From the NCBI GenBank assembly GCA_963693365.1, contig CAVNZM010000005.1, forward strand, positions 2,934,202-2,998,201: DNA of 64,000 bases, read 5' to 3'. A program made the position numbers and the translations under genes. The stretch is from Amoebidium appalachense. Lineage: Eukaryota; Protista; Ichthyosporea. Shown piece by piece: positions 41,989 through 64,000 of this stretch. Every line of letters begins with the position of its first letter. The stretch's first letter is position 1. The notes under the pieces are model-generated. The model worked only from the letters and a program-made list of their open reading frames with translations. It was not told where the DNA came from and ran no database searches.

Positions 41989-43520
41989 TCTGATGTATGC
42001 GCGCGCTATGTTGAACTTGGCTAATTGCGAAATTCCCAGTGCCTTAATTACTATCGTAACCTCGCGTGCATAGTTTTCTATCAATCTTCCTTAAAGCACT
42101 TGGTGTGTGCTACGGGGACTGCACATTTGAGTTCGTCTTTCACTAACCCTCTCGTATGCTGTGTCTTGTTTTCTGAATAAGGACACAAATGCGACGATTA
42201 CAATGAAGCTCGATGCTCTGAGCCTCGGAGAAAACGTGCAAAATAAGAGCAATGCATGCATGCGCAGGTGTCAAACGGTAGCAAGGACCATGAAGGCAAG
42301 TCTTTTCAAGTCTATTCAGTTCAAAGGCTCAACGCTGCCTTATCAGTGGTGCGAGGCCAGGAACTCAGCTATGGAAATTCCCAAGCCACAGGCAACTTTA
42401 GTAGGCCCTAGTAATGAGATTTTCCCAAGGAGTACTTCCGAAGTTGTAGAGCGTTAAATGAACGGTTGAACGTTAACGAACGCCATTGTTGCTGGGCATT
42501 TGGCTTTTGTAAGTGTAGATGGTAGAGGTGTGACATATACGTATTTGTTCTAATCAGTAGCTTCTCAAGCTTACAGGACTTCGGCAAGGGCTCTTTAGCG
42601 TGACCGTCCTTCTCAGTGTGCATTCGATCGAAACTGATAGCGGTACCGCATTTTCACACGTGCCTCTTGCACGACATGTATCATACGATGTCCCCGGAGC
42701 ATACAAAGATCTCTTTCTCTGGATTTGGAACTATGGAACTATAGCTCTTCATCTGACCTTCAACATGAAATATCTTGCATTTTACGTATACACATAAATG
42801 TGACCGAAATGACTAATTAACAAGTGCTATTCTCAAGCTGGGGCCGGAGGCCGGGCTGTGCACATGCGGCCATCTGGCCAACAAGTGGTAATTCAAAATT
42901 TAGGGATTTGTTTTAAGGGGATTCTCGGTCCCAATCAAATAGCTCAAAATGTTTAAAGGGATTCTCGGCCCCAGTCAGTTCATATGACTTCTGGTAATCC
43001 GATTCCCGCCGGCATCCAATCAATCGATCAGTCATCATGAGCTGGCTCCATCTGATTCGTGTAAGCCGGAGTATGGCAACAACTTTTACTTTGAACCTGC
43101 GCCGCCAGCGCACACAGAAGAACACAACAGATTATTGGAAACCAAACTGCTATTATGTTCTTCATTAAACACACACTTTATATATAGTATATTGGTTGTA
43201 TTTGGCTGTTCTTGTGCAAAAACCCATATCATATAACAATCGTAGATACCGTTTATTCATGCTCTAACTTTTTATGCCAAAACCGATTTCTGTTGCCCTC
43301 TTTCTCAATAACGGCTTGATCGGATCGACCGAAAAGGAAGGAGATCGGAATGCAGCCAGACCCAGTCCGGGCGTTGCGTATATTCGGCCCTATGCGGTGT
43401 GTTGAATGTGATCTGCTGAGATCCCGCCATGATAAGGCGCCACTGATCCGCCAATCATCAGCGCGACGTCAGATGGCAAGCCGGTGCTCTTTATATTGCA
43501 TGATCGTGGTCAAATCATTT

Positions 43521-43717
43521 TGGGGTTTACGCTGTTTACTCGAGGCAAAGAGAACCAGTCTCAGGTATGGGGGGGGGGGGTTTTGCTCGGAATATCCCCT
43601 CAGCGGTATATCATGATCACGTACATAGATGTCGGGTGGTGACTATATATCAGGGTTTACTTTCTCTACGAGACACCATAAAGACTACAAGGAGAAATCA
43701 ATTAGTTGGGGTTCCCC

Positions 43718-43757
<40 letters not shown>
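43521..43757. repeat. Dispersed ~200-bp repeat, copy 1, ending in GGGGTTCCCCG + poly-T
   Basis: Near-identical to 45776-45997 (TGGGGTTTACGCTGTTTACTCGAGGCAAAG..CTTTCTCTACGAGACAC). Confidence 0.85.
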
Positions 43758-43762
<5 letters not shown>

Positions 43763-43794
43763 GGGCTCCCCTCGGGACACTCGGTATCAGCTGG

Positions 43795-43849
<55 letters not shown>

Positions 43850-45775
43850 TGTGTGTGTGTGCGCGTGCGCTATAATTTTGTAGTGATGTGTTTCTCAAGC
43901 GAATCAATACATCTAATAAACAGGTCGTAGTTACGCGTGTTTAGTATAAAATCAAGGATGTTGTAATTAAATCATTTTCAACCATGTATTCATCCTTGAG
44001 ATAAGCATAGATCTCAGTTGAGAGGCCGGGCATCACTTGAAGCTCCCGAGTCACCTGGCTTACGGTATCTCCTACATTGCAGATAATCACATATTTAAGA
44101 AGGGGACCAATTCGCTCACTACATCATACTGGCTGATTTTGTACATTTCAAGTAGGTAGTTCTGATTTCAGAGCATATCCGCGTAGGGGCCGCTTTACGC
44201 CACTGTACGATACCGAAGAGTCACCATGAACCAATTCTAGTACAGCCGAAAATCTGGCTTTCGGCATTCTTTTTCTTCCAAGCAATTGGCTGGGGCTTGT
44301 TTATTTTGCATGCCATTGGCCTAAATACAATAACAAGTTCTTAACAACCCCGCAACATTCCAGCATAGATCTTAGGAATCTGGAATGACGTATGTATGTA
44401 TGTATGTAACACAGCCACCCGGCTTGCGGACACACATGTGAACGGCCCGCAGGCCCACTGGCAGCTTGGGGGATCTATACATATATGGAAGGCAGGGGCC
44501 AGGTCGGCATTTAGATTGATGCGCTCACACCCAATAATAATTTGGGATTTAGGGTTTACGAGGTAAACACAACGAATCACCCTTTTTCTCGATTGTGACA
44601 CGCTGTAGACCTCCTATGCCAAAGTAAACGCGGTTATAATTGAATGATAATGTTGAAGTTGTTCACAATCGAAGTGCCTCTGTGCTGTCAAAGCTATTTA
44701 TGAGCTGAATATTCATAAAGCTGATTCAACGTCTGTCTTTCCAGCTTACACTTCTCGACATAGCTTTAAGCAGCTTGCATGATCTTTCACTAATAGAAAG
44801 CGTGATTGCACAGCACGTGTCTTTCTGGCTGGTAATGTAGAGTGATTGATTGCTTACAGATTGTGTAATACGCTATTTTAAATAAATGTTATCTGTAAAA
44901 AAAAAAAAAATTCAACGACCTTTTTATGTTGGACTCTAACTATGTAATCGTTTTTAATTCTGTATTTGTTTTTTAAGGGAAGTGCTCTGCTGCTGCGGCA
45001 TCAAATCAAAAGCAGGCCTTTTTCAGGATTTTATGCCGGGTAGACCAGTCGGCCAGCTCAGGAATGTGGTCCCGAAATCGAATTCTAGCCAATCACCTAT
45101 ATCCATATATAGGCCCCCCGATCAAGCTGACTGTGACTGGCCCAGGCTGCACCTGAGAGGTCGAGACAAGCATACCTTACTAGGGCACTACAAACATAAC
45201 CTAGAACCCTAGGAAGAACCATAGAAACACTGGCGCCTGAAAAAAATGTAATAAATAGTGCTGCAATTCGTGAGGAACCGGGGAGCTTGTTATGCACGTA
45301 CCAGTGTCCCCATGGGGAACTTCGATGACACTGCTCAGGATCATCTGGGCCTATGTCACGGGAAATGGCCGTGGGGTTTCTTTTAGCTTTTCGGGCCGGG
45401 TCGGGTCAGAGGCGATTCTAGCTATATGATTGGTGTGCTGCGCATCAATTGCGCACCATCATTTGGCCAGAAGCAAGGTACAGATACGCCATAATACAAG
45501 AAAAAAGAAAAAGAAAAGAGAAAAAAAAAGATATTTAGAATGGAATAACAATAATAAAGCGTTTGGAATAAGACTGCATTTCATATCATGATTTATATGT
45601 TGAATAAATGGCTTGACCCGGATGTGCTGGAATGGGGACAATTAATCGGCCTAAAAGAAACCCCTTTTAAGGTACCTTACTGAGCTGCATACGCGACCTT
45701 CCAAAAAATATGTGCTTTCGGTTGCACTCTCTTAAGGAAAACTCCCGATCGCGAGGTTTTCAGTACCATATACAA

Positions 45776-45954
45776 TGGGGTTTACGCTGTTTACTCGAGG
45801 CAAAGAGAGACCAGTCTCAGGTATGGGGGGTTTTTGCTCGGAATATCCCCTCAGCGGTATATCATGATCACGTGCATAGATGTCGGGTGATGATTATATA
45901 TCAGGATTTACTTTCTCTACGAGACACAAAAAATTTAATAAGTTGGGGTTCTCC

Positions 45955-45997
<43 letters not shown>
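45776..45997. repeat. Dispersed ~200-bp repeat, copy 2, ending in GGGGTTCTCCG + poly-T
   Basis: Direct repeat of 43521-43757. Confidence 0.85.
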
Positions 45998-46002
<5 letters not shown>

Positions 46003-46004
46003 TG

Positions 46005-46179
46005 CCGGTCAGCCCGGCGACCGACCCGATTCGGGACTTGCGTGACCGGTGACCGACCGGGCCGACCTACAATAGGGTCTAAAATAGCTGGGCCATGACC
46101 GACCGTGCCCGACCCGGAAAGATTGGAACCCGACCGACCCGGTTCGTCAAACTTTTTGACACATGATCACACATCCCTG
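46005..46179. mobile_element. Possible end of a hAT-like non-autonomous DNA transposon
   Basis: Cluster of CCGACC/CCGACCCG motifs ending at CATCCCTG (reverse complement CAGGGATG, like the Ac/Ds terminus). No partner TIR or TSD was found. Confidence 0.3.
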
Positions 46180-46477
46180 GACTCCGAAGAAACTTTTCGA
46201 AAGCCATCAGGAATCAGGATTCAGCTGAACGCAGATCCGCCAGTGTTTACAAAGCGGGAAAAGCCATGCACGAATCAGAAATCTCATATGAAAACTGCTG
46301 AATGTTGATTGGATGATCTTCTTTGATCTTGACCTATGATTGGGCATGCCTAAGCATCGATTTATGATTGGGTCTTCGCACCCCTTACTTGACTATACAT
46401 ACTGAGGGAACACTTCGTCGGATGCATGGCCACATCGCAACTTTTAGCCTGGTAACTTATTTTCCTCTCCTGTAAAG

Positions 46478-46872
46478 ATGGCCCCTACCAGTTCGGATCG
46501 TAGGTATATTATCTGTGGCGCGCCAGCGTCCGGCAAAGGAACACAGTGCGAGAAAATTGTTGAAGCCACAAACGTGGTGCACATTTCCACTGGTGACCTC
46601 CTGCGTGCGGAAGTAAAGGCTGCAACCGAGCTCGGTGCTCAGGCAAAGTCTTTCATGGACAAGGTATGTGACGTTTGATGATGGACTTGTGTGATTAGTA
46701 CTGCTAATACTAGCATATGCGTATTCGATTTCAACTTGGCGAATTTGTGTACGCCTGTTGTGCGTGTGTGCATATGTGTTTGTGTGTTTGTGTGTACAGT
46801 ATGTGTGTGTGTGGTGTGTGGGGTGTGTGTGTGGTGGTGTGTGTGTTTGCTCGGGTACGCACACATGTGCAT

Positions 46873-46911
<39 letters not shown>

Positions 46912-46925
46912 GCGTGTGCGTGTGC

Positions 46926-46985
<60 letters not shown>

Positions 46986-47303
46986 CCCTGTATGTGCACG
47001 TGCTCGTTTGTGTGCATGTCGCATCTCTCTCAAACCACACACGAAAACATTCCCCTTAACCTTAAGGCTTATAGTGTGTGCCCTACCACGGATCCATTCA
47101 AAATAATTCCCCCCTCTCCCCGGGCCCCTCCCCGGCCATGCGGGATCACCCATATACCGTACCTACTAAAACTACACATTTGCCACTGCACATACAAAAA
47201 GCACCCCACTTCTTTTCCAAAGCGTGATGTGCGGCCAGCGAGCTTGGCGTACACACACCACGTAGTCGATTCGTTCTTAACTGATTCCCCCCCCTCCCCC
47301 CCG

Positions 47304-47335
<32 letters not shown>

Positions 47336-47811
47336 CCCCCGACAATCCCGTGGCCAACCCCCTCCCCCCCCCCCCCCCCCCCCCCCCCCCGCCCCCCCCT
47401 CCCCCCCTCCCCGCCCAACGCTGTTGCCGCCCTGGGAGCACACGTACGTACACATGCACGCCGGCACAAATCGACTCACACCCACGCTTCCCCCACAGGG
47501 TGCCCTTGTTCCCGACGAAGTGATCATTGGTATGGTAAAGAACCGTCTGGCCGAGGACGACTGCAGACAGCGGGGTTGGCTATTGGACGGATTCCCCCGT
47601 ACTGCTGCCCAGGCGCAGGCAATGCAAGAGGCAGGAATTATACCAAATAAGGTTATTTTGTTGAATGTGCCAGATGAGTGCCTGGTGGAGAGGGTGTGTG
47701 GAAGGCGCATGGATCCCGTCACTGGCGTCATCTACCATATGAAGTTCAAGCCCGCACCAACCGAGGTATGACTGTGATTTTCATGTTAACTTTGTGTCAC
47801 ATCTTCTTTCT

Positions 47812-47844
<33 letters not shown>

Positions 47845-48523
47845 CCGCCTCCCACACACACACACACCCTCTCCCCCAAGGCAATTCGAGGGAGACTCAC
47901 ATGTCTGCATGCAACAGCGTCCTGTTGTGTGTGCTTTGTTGCATGCACACACGTGCATTTGTAGCACCCTTGCATTCTTCTGGACAAACTTGTCGTAGGT
48001 ATGTTATGAACAGGCACCCCCTTCCTCAACCACAATCCTAATTTCATTACTCTTCTCTTCTTCTGCCTTTTTCAGCCCCCCCCCCCCCCCCCCCCTCCCC
48101 CCCCCCTCTTCCTCTCCCCCCTCCCCTTCTCCCTCCTGGCCCTCCCAAGGCTCCCCCTCCTCTCCCCCTCCCCCTCCCAAAAAAGCAGGGCCCCCCCCCC
48201 CCCCTCCCTCCCCCCCCTCCCCCCCCCCCCCCCCCCCCGCCCCGCAGCCGCCGCACCATTTTGGCCCCCCAAACCCATGGATCATAACCGTTACAACCAA
48301 CACATCCCAACACCAAACACTCACCTCTTGCTCCCACCTACAGGAAATCGCCAGCCGGCTAACCCAACGTTCTGACGACACGGAGGAGGCAATCCGCCCG
48401 CGCATCGCCACATACCACAGAAATTTGGCCGCAATCCTCGATTATTACACCGATCGGCTGGTGCAGATCGACGGAAACAGAAAGCCATCGGATGTCACCA
48501 AGGACGTTATTGCTGCTCTTTAA
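46478..48523 (+). CDS. adk: Adenylate kinase; exons 46478-46663, 47499-47765, 48344-48523
   Basis: P-loop [59 protein letters not shown]; phase-0 GT-AG introns; TAA stop. Confidence 0.96.
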
Positions 48524-49070
48524 GACAGCCACCCAAAGAATTGGATTTTCTTTTGAGTTTCCCTACTCTAGTTAAATATTAGTTTTCTTGTGCTTGCTGA
48601 ATTGCACTGTTTGCCAATATTTCAAGGCTGGTTGGATGGAACGAATCTGGTACGGGTAGATGGTGTGAAATATGGACGAAAGCTCCGTGGTGGGAATTTT
48701 CGTAATTTGAAAGGCTTTGTGATAAAAAATATTGAAATACTGGTGACCCACACGGTCTCATGCACTGGGGGCATGGGGGCATGCAGGAGTATTCATTTCT
48801 GCAAGAGTATGCACAATGTAGAATCGGTTGAATTGGTAAATACAGTTGCCGAAACCAAGCTGCCTGTAAGAATACATGGTGTATCCCCCCTCCCCCCCTC
48901 CCCCCCCCTCCCCTCCCCCCCCCCCCCCCCCCCCCCCCTTCTTCCCCCAGCTCCCCTCGTCTCTCTGAAACCCTCTCAGTTAACGCTTGTTTTTGGAGTG
49001 TTTTTGTGTGTATGTTCGTGTGAGCGCTTCTGCGTGTGTATCTGAGTGTGTGTGTGCCTGTGCCTATGTG

Positions 49071-49109
<39 letters not shown>

Positions 49110-49206
49110 ACGCGCCTCTGCCGTGTATGTGTGCCTGTGCATGCGTCACTTTGTGTGCTCGTGTATGTGAATGTGAGCGTGTGTACGTGTGTGTGTGTGT
49201 GTGTGT

Positions 49207-49264
<58 letters not shown>

Positions 49265-49838
49265 ATAATTCTGCATTGTTTTCTCGTGTGTGTCTGTGCG
49301 CATGCCAGGACATGTGCCTTTTGTGTTTGTGTGCGTGCACACGCCCGAGACCCCTTTGTGTGGGATGTTGCCCCCCTTTCTTTCGAACCATTGAGGAATC
49401 CAGATCATGGCAGATAGAGCATGCATATGTCCGCATTTCTCGAGACTCAATGGGATGTGTGGAATTTGCCTCGCTTGGTTTTATTGGCTTCGCCGCTTTT
49501 GTCAGCCGTCAGCCATTTTATGGAGACGTGGGCACCTATGAAAAACTGGTATACTACACCATGAGACGTCACCCCGAGAAAGGCCGACATAGGCCTTATT
49601 TTGCAACTACCGATCTAAACTAGCCTCCTAGGGCAAGTATAAACACCCATCCTCAACTGCTAGTCATTATCAAACAGCACATCCCCCCAAATCAGTTTGA
49701 CACATAAGGAAAACGACGTTCACGTCATCGACTAAAACCTAGATATGATTCTCTTTTCGTGTGTTATAACACGTCTTCTTAGTGCATAACAATCCCAAAC
49801 AATCTCCCATGTGCAAGTTCATGCACACAAGCATGCCC

Positions 49839-54134
<4,296 letters not shown>

Positions 54135-56037
54135 GGTTACATGGCAAAAATCAAAAAGACAAAAAGGGTGCGTAGGTAAACTAAGGCGCGTGTGGTGTCC
54201 TGACGTTCGTATGTATCAACTACCAACCTGTGTAGGCTACTTTGGTTGATGATTGACCGGACATGACTTTATGTGCTAGTGAGGACCTATGATCGAATTT
54301 GAACAGGTATATGGTGCATACACACGTGTATGTTGTGTCTGAGTGCCGAAGTGTGGGTGACGGTATCCGCAGACTTGAGGCGTTAGTGGTGGCCGGATGC
54401 AGTAATGCATGTGTGCGTGTGCACGTGTGCGTGCGTGTGCATGTGTGCGCGTGTGTGGGCGCCCAGCCAGCTGTGTAGCCGCTAGTGATCAACTTAGTTA
54501 GGCTCTCCGGGGCTCAACCAACCACTCAAGTCAGCCTGCCGGCCACTGTGATTGCGCAAACAAATACTCCGCAATATTTAGATTTCATTATATGTGGCAC
54601 CAAAAATAATGTGGCACGTTTCTATTGGCTGTCGTCCTGTCAACTGCATTCCATTGCATAATTAATTTTATGGCTGACCGCGGCCCGCCGGTTTCATGTG
54701 AACCACGGTTTTCTCAGTTGCCAGTAGGTATAGAATGCATATGTCTCTTAGAGTATTGTATACACCGACACTTATATACACAATAGTCACGTGGCACAAA
54801 GGTGTCATATTCTTCCATTTCAACTATGGCAGAGAACCGATAAACTGGATAAATCGTCTATTGGCTTCCAGCGGCAAAGGGGGTAAAAATATCAATATTG
54901 GTCCTTCACATCTCAGACATATACACCAATGCAAAACCACACAAAAAAACAATCATAAAAGTAAAAAGATATGAAAAATAGAGTTTTTTTTTTAAAAACG
55001 GTTGAAGGTCTGACATTTCTTTTTTTGGTGCACAGAAATATTGTCTTGCATATGGCCCAAAAACTTTAGCAGCTCTCCTTAGAGTCTTCTTCCTGCAAAA
55101 TCTCTACACTCCTCACTGGTATTTTAGTACGGCCAATCATCTCCCGGCAGCAACTATGGTATTGAAGATACGGCCGCCACGCCAAGTGTTGTACGTGTTT
55201 GTTGTTCACAGTTCCCCTATGCCTGCTTCCGAACTGCCAGTACCCTTGAAGAACACACACACTCATACAAAGTTTTCTACCTTGAAACGGGGGTGTCGAT
55301 AGGACAAAAGACGCGTATTTGATATCAGGAGAGTGAAGGGTGAGTTGTGAACACCACTCCCTGTGCTGCAGTTTTGGTTTTCTTGTGACTGGATCTACGG
55401 TTCACGGGGTGTTTCTGTAAATGCGTCTGTGGCCCTCTTTTCAACCTCTTGTGGCAATAAATACGCTTATTTTGGGTCACTTCTTTTCCAACACACGGAG
55501 AACTCTGACACCACGTCGTGCTTCTTCGTTTCTTGTCGGTTAGCTTGTACAGCAAGCTATCTTTGGAAATAGTTGGCATTTCTAGCCCAACGTTGGACTA
55601 ACGTGTTTTGTAACAGGGAGTATACGAGTAGCAAGGATGTGTGACGGGAAGGCTCACCTGCAGACAGAGGTAATGCACGAAATATGAGAAAGCCCTTTTT
55701 GGTCTGCACAACCACATAGTCATAGTCTCTGTTGCAAACAGCCAATTCGTTCGCTCAATGACAGACCACGTTTTCTTGTCCTCTTGCAATCGTGTCGCAA
55801 GTAGAGTTGTTAGGTTGGGGTTTACACACTATTTATGGCCGTGGACACTGTCTGGGGCCCAGCCTCACTCGACGGCCTACTGCGTTTTCCAGCGCAGCCA
55901 ATCAAATGCAGCTAGTGACCTATGTACATGCTAAGCAGTTGTTATGTGAATCTAAGCGTTAAACTGTACGAGGCCTCTAACTGATACACACCCCGCTTCA
56001 GAACCCATCAACAGATCTGGAGGGAACTACCGCTACC

Positions 56038-62919
<6,882 letters not shown>

Positions 62920-62934
62920 GTATGCCTGCCCCCC

Positions 62935-62965
<31 letters not shown>

Positions 62966-63331
62966 ATATAATATAATAAAATAAAAAATAAAAAAAAATA
63001 GTAATATTAATATTAATAATAGTAATAATTTCGAGTAACACTCAAGACAACCACCCACTTCCCTATTTATGCCCACACTCGAATTATGTGCTGTTTGTGA
63101 ACATTTAACCCATGGGAACGATTTCTTTTTACGGGATTCCTCCTGTTGCTCCCCCCCCCCCCCCCCCCTCCCCTCCCCCCTCCCCCCCCCCCCCTCCCCC
63201 CCCCCCCCCCCCCTTTACTTCAATGCAACCGGGCATGGTTGCTCTGTGTCGTGCATCTGTAAGCACATACGCATTTTTCGCTGCACTGCATTAGTTTGCA
63301 CATACATCTTCACCGTTTTGCTCACCTTGCT

Positions 63332-63503
63332 TGCATAAGCAACCCTGCTCGTCTTTGATTAAGACGGGTTGACCCGCCCAAGTTCAGTTGATGCTGCTGT
63401 CTGAGTTGGAGCGTCGTATATACGCAGGCTAAGGGGTCGAAACTCAGACGCAATTGATGACTTGGGTCCTCCCTGAGGATGGGCTCTGCTTATGACGCAT
63501 ACT
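63332..63503 (+). ncRNA. Putative structured intronic ncRNA, copy C
   Basis: Shares TGCATAAGCAACCCTGCTCGTCT, AAGACGGGT, TCTGAGTTGG, GGTCGAAACTC, GATGAC and CCCTGAGGATGGGCTCTGCTTAT with copy A. The divergent segments keep their base-pairing. Confidence 0.55.
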
Positions 63504-63981
63504 GTGCACATGGCTGATGTTGCATACTTGAATGTTTGCCTTTGCATGTGTCCTGCACCATGCTTCTCGTCGTGTGTGCGTACTTCGTACCGTGTTCCGC
63601 ATTCAAACCCCCCTCTCCCCCCCCTCCGCTCCCGCCCCTCACCTAAAGCACCAGCAAAGAAAAGGAAGAACCATGCCATTCCGTCTGTCCCTGCTGTTTG
63701 CTAGGATTGCGACATCACCCACACCCACACACAGACACCTCCACACGAAACAGCAAAAACCTCCAAACCACACAGACACCACAAAGCACACACGCACCCC
63801 CCCCCCCCCCCCCCCACCTCTTCCTCCCCCCCCTCCCCTCCCCCCCCCCCTCCCCTCCCTCCCCTCCCCCCCTCCCCTCCCCCCTACCACCTCCCCTCCC
63901 TACATTAAAAAAAGCGCACACGTATCCACACACTCATCCCCCCCCACCCACCAACCCCCCCCCCCCCCCCCCCCCCCCCCC

Positions 63982-64000
63982 TAAGCAACCCTGCTCGTCT
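63982..64000 (+). ncRNA. Start of a further copy (D) of the same element, cut by the window edge
   Basis: TAAGCAACCCTGCTCGTCT is identical to the 5' ends of copies A and C. Confidence 0.45.

Noticed and set aside
48590-48880. ORF downstream of adenylate kinase
   Set aside because: No ATG start or recognisable motif; probably 3' UTR.
54980-55800. Complex, repeat-free sequence between FHIT and vigilin with short ORFs and a possible CAG|GTGAG donor
   Set aside because: No consistent reading frame or motif could be assembled; it may be promoter/UTR or a decayed gene.

Overview
Intron-rich eukaryotic genomic DNA. Nearly all of the supplied ORFs are artefacts of (CA)n/(TG)n, (TC)n and poly-C/G tracts, so genes were rebuilt by hand from splice sites and codon phase. 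A tyrosine-kinase signature (HRDIAARN) and a FHIT exon layout like the human one suggest a unicellular holozoan (inference). Genes in order: secreted NlpC/P60 hydrolase (+, 1296-3520); RTK-A (-, 14900-5751), with a signal peptide, Pmp-like GGAI/FxxN repeats and a kinase C-terminal tail but no TM or kinase core; 13-exon cyclophilin-40 (+, 15473-27283); RTK-B (+, 28587-37932), disrupted and 5'-truncated, with TNFR-like Cys repeats, TM, tyrosine kinase and three tandem 63-nt Tyr-motif exons; orphan 7TM protein (-); plastid-like adenylate kinase (+); FHIT (-) with an AT-AC minor-spliceosome intron; vigilin (+, runs off the window end). The best novelty candidates are a multicopy structured RNA-like element with conserved pairing in vigilin introns, the inverted RTK pair with complementary missing parts joined across a CA minisatellite, the modular Tyr-motif exons, and (CA)n tracts in place of the polypyrimidine tract at many acceptors.
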